This document shows positions 53,743 to 64,000 of a stretch of DNA of 64,000 nt, one piece after another. Position numbers and translations under genes: made by a program. The stretch's first letter is position 1; each line of letters opens with the position of its first letter. The DNA comes from Styela clava (lineage: Eukaryota): assembly GCF_964204865.1 (NCBI RefSeq), contig NC_135253.1, positions 15,748,001 through 15,812,000 of the forward strand, read 5' to 3'. Below the pieces are notes generated by a model that saw only the letters and a program-made list of their open reading frames with translations, was not told where the DNA came from and made no database searches.

Positions 53743-55621
53743 ATCTAGATAGTGGAGATTTAAACAAGATCTGCCCTGTTTTTCAATGCATTTATATAGG
53801 GATTATTCCATTCCATTGGAAACAAAATTTTCCACGACAAATGAGTTTTTATCAGCATGATGAATTGCTTCCAAACACTTAGGTACGTTAAGCGTCGTAT
53901 TTAAGCGACCAGAAAATATGTTCAACACTCACAAAGTAAATAAAAATTTATGACTTGACTGGCTTTCTTCTTGAAAGATGACACACAACGGTCTCTGTTT
54001 ATTCAAGTATCACCTTTCAATGACCAAACCACGCTATACGCCTCGACTATGTAATCCAAAATGTTTGCCATTTACCTCGTAACGTAGTAGTCGATGAGTA
54101 AAGAAAAGCCCAAAGTTAGATAAGGCTTTAGGAAGTCGTTTAGGTAATACTACAAGATAGGAATCTTGAATATTATTCTGCAGTGTCATTGAGAGTACTT
54201 TTGGAGAAAGTGGATGAGATAGATCAGCCTGCAGCATGCAATCCGTCAAAACCCAATTCTAGATTAATATTATTTTTTGTCATTTAACTCACAGAAGTTT
54301 CTTCTTCCATCGTTGAGATCTCCCCCCAAATTAGTAGGGCAATAATATAATAGTGAGTTGATAGTGTGGTGATTCTTCTTCATATTGCACCAGAGATTTA
54401 TTTGAGGATTTACATGAGATATAGAAAGTAACTATCCTCATTATTTGTTTGTTAATAAAATTCTAGATTGACTCGTTAACGATCTTTTTTTTTTATATAT
54501 TTTTACTAAAGATTTAATATTTTAATAAGCCTATAGTCGCAGCTATCTTGTCAGATGAGTCAGATATTTACACAAAAAAAAATATATATATACAAACTTT
54601 ACTCCAACCCCCCAACGTGGTCGAAAATCAAACAAGTTGTTATCTCCGGATTTAAAAATGGTTTTCGATTCGGTGTATTTAAATAAAATATTTATAAGTT
54701 GTGCGATGTAAATGCAATATGAAAAATATGCACTTCACCTTGGCTGCACAAAGCATTAGTGTTTACTACAATTCTGCGCTTAAATACGCTATTTTACAAA
54801 CAGTGGTGTATCTACGTAAAATGCCGTCCATGGCAAAGTTTGAAAATGCACCCCTTTGTCGTAAAACTAATACTTATTATTATAGGTAAAATTATATATA
54901 TTAAATATAATTGGTTAGATGCACGCGCAATATGCCAATGTTCCTTACTACGACCTCACTTGTGATGTTTTTTTTTTTTTTTTGTATGAAATCAAAGTTT
55001 ATCCAATCTCTGAAATTCAAGACGAGTGATGGAATACACAACAATGAGCATACGTCACAATTTCGTCATTGTTTGATATCTGATACACCGGTTCTTTGCA
55101 GGATTATTATCTTGTTTTTCTCGGATGAAATAGGCAACAAATGACTAACCCAATATTTGTGATCCATTTCTCCTTACTCTTGATTGTATACATTCCAAAT
55201 TGTTGTATTTATTCACTTGACATTTGTTTGTATTTCTGTTTTATTCATAAAGTCATCCATTTATTCATTAAATAGGAATTTTATTTGTGAATTTTTTAAT
55301 TGTCATAGCATTTGATTAATACATCACATAAAAAACGTTCAAGCATAAATGCTTCTTCAATACATGCATTTTATGCTAAATATAAATAGTACATTTACCT
55401 GGGCAAAAATCTCCAATAATGATATTTCAGTGCATTTCATTAACAAACAGCACGTTTGTTAAACTAAACTAACATGTTGAATTATTGAAATAGAAATATT
55501 TTTTGTTCTGTATTTGCTGCTGCTGTATAACTTACATCTCATAGAATAGAAATTAAAATTCAATAAACTACGAAGAATATTTTTCTTGGTGGTTTACCAG
55601 GCAAGGTATACAGTTAGGGAA

Positions 55622-58600
55622 ATGCAACGCGATGATTATTTTTGCGAAGATATAATAGAAAGTACTGGAAGAGGAGAACCATTACCACCCAGGCTAAGCC
55701 TAAGCGATGAACCGGAAATTAATGAAAATAGTTCAGTACCTATATATGAACAAACACACAATGTTCATCGACAAGCATTCGGAATAGACACGCCTGGAGA
55801 ATGTTACAATGTCAACAATGGGGATTATTCGTTTGGATTTACGGATAATGCTTCAGAGAACTTTCGCTCTAAAACGGTAAGTACACTTCGCAAACAATAC
55901 ATAAAATTTATTAACTTTTATGATGATTTCGTCCGGTCGTTTGATTCGTGAAAAACTAGCACGCGATTTCTTGCTCGTGGTGTAATTCGAATTCATGGGT
56001 GTTGGTTACAATGTATCTGTTGGGTGACAGAATGACTTGAAGTGTATTTATAACATTTAAATCTATTTTTTGCTGTGCATCGGGTCAAATTCAAGGCAAT
56101 GAATGTTGTCACATACAGTTATCATGGTATTCAAACTGGCAGCATTTAAGCTTACATAACAATAAAAATAGTGAGCACCCAACTAGTAAAGGACCGAGAT
56201 TTACAGAAACTTACGTCTGTTCTGGACTAGGGTTGGTAGGTAAATCTTAACTTTCCTCTGGGTCATATACAACCAACCGAAAGTAAAGCGATCAAGAAAA
56301 ATGTCTTGTGACGTTTGATGATTACGTACATATTTCCACTGAGAGTAGATTACAAGCTACACAATGAAGAGGCGTTTATATCGCGCACTACGTCAGCTTA
56401 AAATAGTGTACTTTGCTAACACAAACAATTAAAATCTCAGGGGTGTTTTTGTGAGATGATTAGGTTATTTCACAACTCACAGCATGGCTCAATATATTTA
56501 ATACATAATATGAGACAGCTGGATTTTTGATATCAGTTGCAACGAGTTCAATTCTGCTTTATTTTGATTTGTATCGTATATAAAGTAAACGCTATAGAAT
56601 TAGTGATTGTTGTTAAAACCAGCACTATAAAGATAAAAGGGCATCGTCGGTATTTAACAACACATTTTTTACTAAAATTTATTAGTAACTTAAAAACATT
56701 TCAATTTAATTTTTAGTCAGACAATCATTCAAGTGGAAAACAAATGCCCGATCCATCAATGACGTCACTGACAGTCTCAGCCCTCGTTTGTGACAAATCG
56801 CCTTCCCAGCCTGCTTCTCCATATCTTTCACGTCACAGGTAAGAGTTGGTCTCAAGACTTTATTATACGAATGTGCTTTTTATTCGTACACGAAATGGAC
56901 AAAACGCGGTAATGCCGCTTCTAGATGGGTAAAAATCTTTGTATCGGTAATGGACGGAAATTGCTTTCTCCCGATGACGTTGTCATTCGCTTATTTTAGG
57001 TTTCAAAAGTCAAAATTATAGTTTCAATACAGCGAGAAATTAGATTCTCAAGACAACTTCCCCCTATTCTCTATCTTGTATTTTTGAAGGTTCCAAAGAG
57101 AATCACAGGCCAGGGTGAGTGACGCTGAGATTGTGAAAGAACGGAGAAAAAAGTTGATCAGCATGAGACAATCGTCTGCGATGTTTGGTGCTGGAACAAG
57201 TTCAGTTGGTAACGTTACCAAGAGTTTTGGTCACGTGCGCAAACGACATTCAAGTGGGAAGTCTTTCGCAAAAAATGTCAATGATGACCACAAAGAGTTT
57301 GCGTTTGGTCCTGTATGGTTGGACGGAAAAGATTCTGAAGTCAAAAATTTGGATGTCGATATCAAGTCTCTAGGTGAGTTATTTCGATAAATGATGTTTC
57401 ATACACACAGAACGCAAAACAAATGCGGTGCGTTCCAAGTTTAACTCAACAGGCGATAAATTGAAAAATATTATTGAATTGTGTGGTTTATGATTATGTG
57501 ATTCATGAATCGTTGTTGGAAAAATAAAACTATCGTTTTCAAGTTGTCTATAGTCTATGATGAAAGCGTCTCCTAGTATTCTATAATTCTTTCTTGTTAA
57601 ATTACATCTGGGATCGCCACTGCCTTCAAATTTTTGCCCATTGGATAGGAAGTGGACATATGCATTGTTTTCTTTCCGGATTTCTGGATGCTGCGAAAAT
57701 ATTGCTTTGTTTCGCTATTGGACCTATCAACTTCAAATTTTGTATATCCAAAGGCAAAAGAAGTCACTACAAGACTATTATTACTTTTATTTATTTATTT
57801 TTCAGTTTCTCTTTTTAACTCCTACCGACTCGATATTTTTTTAACCACCGGCATTCCTTCATATAAACTTCGGTATACTTTTCAAACGATTGACTGCAAT
57901 TTTGTTATTTGACTTTCGTGTCCACATTGCTCTCTTGCTATGATTAGCGCTGCCACCATGTGGCAATTTTATTAAACTGTCCGAAAATCTCATTCAGTTT
58001 GCTAACCATGAAATTAGAGTAATTTTAGAAAGCTCCCAATGAGGGTAAATGGAAGGTTTAAATTTCTCTGCGATTTTTCATATTTAGGCGACGCTATTAT
58101 TCATTCAAGCGTCATTCTATATATTTTTATGTTAACTTGGGACACGATTCTTCCGTTCCAATACAGGAAATATACTGGTCAATAGGCAATGTACAAAGCG
58201 CATTTTCCCATGCTCGCTGACGTCATTTTGCCTATTATTTTTTAAACCAATTTAGTTGCGATTGAAGCAATCAGATGAAATTTTGATACCAAAATCACTT
58301 GTGATTTTGTTGACTTAGCAAGTTAGCAAGCTTACTTTATATGGAAGGAGTTCATAAATAAAAAAAAATGTTGCGTGCTTAACTTGCGAGGGGCTGATAA
58401 AGTTCAGATGCAGTCGATAATTTTTTGTAGCGTTTTTAGTTTCAATTCCATCACGAGATTTATTTAAAAGTCTATGGTAATACTATAAATTTACCATCGG
58501 CATTTTGGTTTTCTTTTTCTTTGCATTAGGTAACAAACAGTGCGATTTATAGGTAAAGTCTAGTTCAGTTCCAAATGTATGAATCGTATAATATTCAGTA

Positions 58601-61600
58601 TAAATACAGTCAGTCAGGTTGCCAACGTTTTAGATAGCAGAAACGTCAAACTATATCTTCATTGCAGATCATGCATGCTGTATATAGACTGTTTAAAATC
58701 ACATTAACCGTTTGTCATCTCAGTTCGTACAACGCGAATCATGTAAAGTCACTGAATTTCATAGCTTCAGAACAAATCTTGCAAAAAGATATTCGAAAGA
58801 TTACTTAATGCAAATTTCATCTCCACAAGAATCAAATTGAGCAAGCGAACAGATTCGCTTTTTTATCGCTATTGAGGCTGTAGCAACTATTCATACAAAA
58901 AACATGATCGCATTTAAATTGGTTGCTATTTTACTAAATTTGAACGGTATCGACATTCAAGTCATTCTCATTAACATTCTTGTTTTTTTCTATTGCGAAA
59001 TAAAAGAATCACCTGATCTTCGTTATGCGAGGAGTATTGGAATAACAACAGAATCTTTTGGGTCTAAGCGAAATACAATCGCGGCAGTTCACTATCAACA
59101 AATTCATTCTGAGAAACAACCTATTGATGTAGCAAGGTACTGTTAGTTTATTTTTATATTCATCAATTTGTATAAGACGCATTTTCAGGACTTAAAATCC
59201 CGCAATATCATGCACGATTTTTTTTGCCGTTTTTGATCCCCCCGATACAAACAAAATTTTTAAAGTATAATTAATTCATTGAGAATAAATTAAACGTAAC
59301 AAAGTCAAAGTAGGCCTTTAAAATGGAATCTAATTTTTTTTATATTTAATACGACAAAGATACAAAACAATGCAGATGGAACTTTGTTAAAATGGGAATA
59401 TTGGTATAAAAGGTCTATTTCCCCTTTAAACTCGCGTACTTATATAGCAACCTCATGTTGTTTGGGCGATATTATGCTAATGGTATGAATCTTGTATTCA
59501 TACATGAAATGGTATAGAGTTACACTTAACCGCACCAAATTCTTTGACCGCCAAAAGGAAGTAATAATCTTCCTAGTAATCGGAGAAAAGAAACAATTCT
59601 CAGACTACGCACGTTCCTGTGGCAAATAGCATAATTATAAGAAACAAATTACTTTGCATAACTTCGGTTGTATGGAAACCGCAAAATATTTTCTATTGTC
59701 GCAATGCTCTAAACATGATCTAGTACCATGGGAAAATAATGGAAATATAAATATTATTTTTATTCCATGTATATTCGACGTAACCAAATACCAAACTGAT
59801 TCCCAATCTTTTTTTGCTATTGTTCTATTATATCATATTTGCAATCCAATATGTTTTTAATCCTGCTATTTCATTTGATTGACATTCAAATTTTTATAGT
59901 TGTGTAAAATGATATTAGTGAAAATAATCTAGAAATAAGCATATGAAAACTATATAAAAGAACATTTTGAGTCGTGAGAGTAAAAATGCTATTCATTTCT
60001 CATCTATTATATAAAAATACGGCGAAACCTAAATTATAGTAGTCACAAACTATATACTTATGGAGTTTTTATGGAATTTATACTTTAGACTGAGTCCTAT
60101 TTGGTAAAATTGTTATATATTATAGCCCACGTAAAAGAACTATAGCACCAATAGGAAGTCTTGATGATCAAATACGTCACAGAAAGAACCATCGCAAAAT
60201 TCGATCACAGACTTTACCAGAACGGGAAATAGAAAACGAAATAAAAGGTAAACAGAAATCTTCATTTTAATTTTGGTTCCATAATTGTAAGGATAAAAAT
60301 TTGATAAAATTCAATGTTTTATAGTTTTTAATATATTTTCTTATTTTTCAGCATCACCGAAATTATTACGATCAGCCACTATACAAGAAACTGTTAGGTA
60401 CGCTTGATATATTATTCGTTTTTATCATACTTTTGATTGAGTAGACACCCCAAGATTCTAAGTTCTAGATAATAAATATTAGGTAAGAAAATTACGATAA
60501 TATGAAATATCCTGAGTGATTCAAGCGCTTCTGCATACTATCCCAAATATATTTCGGTAACGTTTCGTCTGATCAAAGTCAGACTTCCTCAGACAAACAT
60601 TATTCAACTTGGAAACAAAACTCTTGATTCACTTAGAATAGTTATCTTCACTCTTGCTACATCATCCTTGCATTATATGCATACTGATCCACCGGAACAA
60701 AAGCTTAGAGGAAAAAAAAGTAGTTAGTCCTGTAGAAACCCAATCGATAGTATATGTGAAATAGTTGTAATTGAATTATAATTATTCTACCGGTGATTAC
60801 TTATTTAGAGAGGAATCCGACGAAACGACTTCACCAGAACCAGAGTCACCAAAGTCTCCAACTGCAAGTCAAATTCTGAAAGAAGATCCTGAAACCAAGC
60901 AAGCTGTTTCTTATCCTGATATTCCGAGAGCAATTTCGCCAGAAAGTTTGAAGTACAGTCAAAGCGGATCAGGTGCTTATTGAACCTTTTTAGTTGCTTA
61001 ACGACGTTAAGGATAACACGAACGTTTTATCGATGCCGTGGTTTTTTTTGCAAGTTTTTAATTGTACAAATGAAGGCCGTCCTTCACTCACATTTGTAAT
61101 ATCCTATTCATATTTAAAATTTGCGATTTATTTTTGCATTTCTGTAAGTAAACCCAGCATTGTAGTGAAATGCATAAAAATATTGATATTGATATATCAT
61201 TTTTGCTTCAACATCATCACAGCACAATTACAGCATACAAGCACTGACTAATATTTTAACCTATTGATTGCCTTTTTTTACAAACCTTCAGAATCATGTC
61301 GTTATTATTATTGTCGTCATCATTCCTCTTACATATTACTATGCAGCCTATATACAACTAATAAATTTTAATAATTTACAAATTCACAATTCACAATTCT
61401 TGTGGATAACGCAATCTTTAGCAGATGGAAACACTCTAAATATTGCTTATTTTGCTGCAAAACCAAGATATTTTAATTGGTAATATTGCTCTTTTGTACC
61501 CAATATGTCTATATGGATTGCGGAAAAACGTTAGCTAACTGAACCCACTTCGATAACTTTTAAATATTGTCTGGCGTTATAAATTATTCTATTCTGAATT

Positions 61601-63712
61601 TTCAGCAGCAGATATGAAATCGGCTTTCAAGAGAATGCGTAGTAGACTGAATGCATCACAGCGGATTTTACCACCAACTTCTCCTCTCAAACCAACAAGA
61701 GGAACCGTTGTCACATCCAGTCCAGAAGAAACAAAAGATATAAGAGACAGGTTAGTAAATGTGATAAACTTTTCAAAAAAAAAAAAACTTTTCCGATGCC
61801 AAATCACTATAGCCTTCCAATTACCAACATGAAAAAAACTCAGATGCTAAGATTGGTGCAAGGTCTCGCAAATCAAATATGACCTTAGAATCTTGGATGG
61901 GATGTAGGCCACATAATTTATATTCACTTGTCTTCTACTGAGATGATACAAGCAAATGCGGAAAAGGTTCTCATTTTGTATTCGATTGTTCTATTTGTAA
62001 AATTCTGTAAAATATTGTAATCAATAAAATCAGTCTTTAATATTTTCAAACCACATAATTCTGATTCAGAAATTCGATTAAAAAGATGAGATATGAAAAC
62101 TCAAAGTTTGAAAATTAAATCTCCAATAACAGCGCCAATTCGTCGTTGTCGTATTCGTTACAAAGCAACCATCATGGTATCAACACTTTTAGGCTTTATA
62201 AATGTGGGTACTTTGAAATCATAGAGTTATTATTTCAACAGACCATCGATGTCATTCTCTGTCAATGCTACAGTAGATGAACCGAGAAAACGTTCTGGTA
62301 GTTTTGGATCCAAAATGTTAAGAAGAGCTAAAAGTGCAGTTGGAAAGCAATCTAAGAAAGAGTTTCAAGTTCACAAAAAAGACCAGAAAGAATTGAATGC
62401 TGAATCTCCAAGTCCTGCAAGAAATTTAATCAGAAAGCAGCGAAGCTTAAACGAAAATTTGGTTCATCGAGTCGGGTCGTCCCCTAACGATTATAGTGTT
62501 ATGAGGCAAAATACCTTTGACGGGTAAGTGTAGCGTGAAATTTGATGATCAATAATGCTTAATGTTTGGGGTCTTACATTTTTTAAATATACCTCTGGTA
62601 AATAAATTGACTATAAATGGAGTTATTCAATGGCTTCACTATTCATTGTAAATTTTTTTTTAGCTATTTGTTTGATTTGAAAAAGACATTGGTTACCACA
62701 GCCTTGAATAACTAATACACATAAAAAGCCACAGTATTGCAAATGTTTTGTGGTTCACTGATTTTAATACATATCTGACAATGATTTGGCCATGAAGACT
62801 TTCCACTCATTTTCTGCTATCGATCGACGTGTTCCATGCATGTTTAAGTGACTATACCTTTGATAATTTCATTCGAAACTTTGTACAGATTTCTAGTACG
62901 TGCCGTTTATTCACTAAACTGTGAACATTATTTTCAAATACCTGAATTCAAGTTTGCATTCGTTTGCTTCTTTTTATTTTTAGGTCATTCTTTGAAGATG
63001 GAAGCTTGTTCCACGGCTCAGATGTTTCATCATTTTCAATCCCTCGTTCGAGCATGAATGTAGTGATGCAGGGCGACATCTCACGGCGACGGCGAATGGG
63101 TTGGACTAAAAATTGGGGCGTATTGACAGAAGACAGGATTTTAACCTTGTATAAATCGAAAAAAGATTTTGAAGTTACGAAAAAGTGTTGGGGGTTGCCA
63201 ACAGAAAACCAATTTGACATGGAAGACAAGACTGGGACAATTGGAAATTATTCTTACGCCAATTCCCCCGCTCCGTTGAGTGGAATAGCATCTGTTATAA
63301 ATTTAAGTGGAGGATGCGAAATAGAAGACGTCGAACAAGGTAGTAAAACATTTCTCTGGTCCGACTTGCGAATAAAATTAATTTTATGTGAATATGTATA
63401 TTCTTATTGAGCTACTTCTACTTGAAAATTTCATAAACCAAGAAAATTTAGATTAGAAATTGGAAATACCACATTTTAATTGTATATTTATTAGGAAAAT
63501 CATTTTGAATCCCAAGGGCTCATTTATTTCATGAAGACTTGATTGCCCATTGTTGTCGCTACCATTGGTCACCTTGTATAATTACTCAAATAAACAAATA
63601 ACAATAGTCCTTAATATTTACAGGAAAGAAAAGCACAACATTCAATCTCATACCTCATTCCTATCAATCGTTTTCTCACCGAGGAGTTACATCAACACTC
63701 CCCGTTGATATC
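55622..63712 (+). CDS. Multi-exon PH-domain protein with a long disordered Ser/Pro/basic N-terminus; partial, continues beyond the window
   Basis: Candidate exons ~55622-55876, 56717-56838, 57090-57373, 59006-59135, 60124-60247, 60352-60397, 60810-60971, 61606-61750, 62242-62523, 62984-63339, 63624-63712 with GT-AG ends; VMQGDISRRRRMGWTKNWGVLTEDRILTLYKS is a PH beta1-beta3 signature. Confidence 0.65.
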
Positions 63713-64000
63713 GGTAAGAAATTTTGTGTTGACAGCTTGTTTACTGCATTAAAATGTATTTTGCTTCGGTTGTAATAAATTCAAGGTCATTACGATAACA
63801 TGCGGTAGGTAAAACATAATAACCAATAATATACCATATGGGTATGAATGTAATTATAACAAGAAATTACATTATGTTTTGTAATTATAGTAAATTAAAT
63901 TATAGTTGAGAACAATTGCTCAATTTGCATAGCCCAATATCATATTAATTTAAAATCTTCTTTTTGTGAACAAGGGTCGGCCGTAAATCTCGTTTGTCCT

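Noticed and set aside
51470-56290. SINE-like remnants (~51470-51670, ~55960-56290; also ~25140-25230)
   Set aside because: Too degenerate to define A/B boxes or boundaries by eye.

Overview
AT-rich, intron-containing animal genomic DNA; short introns, gene content and Merlin-type MITEs suggest an ascidian/tunicate (inference). Left to right: (1) a strongly diverged glutathione-synthetase-like ATP-grasp gene (-, runs off the left edge) plus a decayed duplicate of one exon; (2) an FLVCR/SLC49-like MFS transporter (-); (3) a ~5 kb tandem duplication of the trans-3-hydroxy-L-proline dehydratase gene (+), with one Cys/Thr (dehydratase) copy and one frameshifted Cys/Cys (racemase/epimerase-type) copy; (4) a tight same-strand ELOC-IQCC-BCKDHA trio (-) with an operon-like junction; (5) an internally deleted Gypsy LTR element with TSD, PBS and PPT; (6) two tandem paralogous four-exon genes, not visible in the ORF track, encoding ~122-aa secreted precursors (signal peptide, acidic segment, His-rich segment, Lys-rich 6-Cys domain), with a third frameshifted secreted Cys-rich ORF between them; (7) calsequestrin (-) ending in QKEL; (8) a multi-exon PH-domain gene (+) running off the right edge. 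Many MITEs are scattered throughout. The best novelty candidates are the secreted Cys/His-rich cluster (34.7-43.7 kb) and the ATP-grasp ligase + transporter + racemase-family neighbourhood (0-19 kb). All family assignments are by eye; no searches were run.
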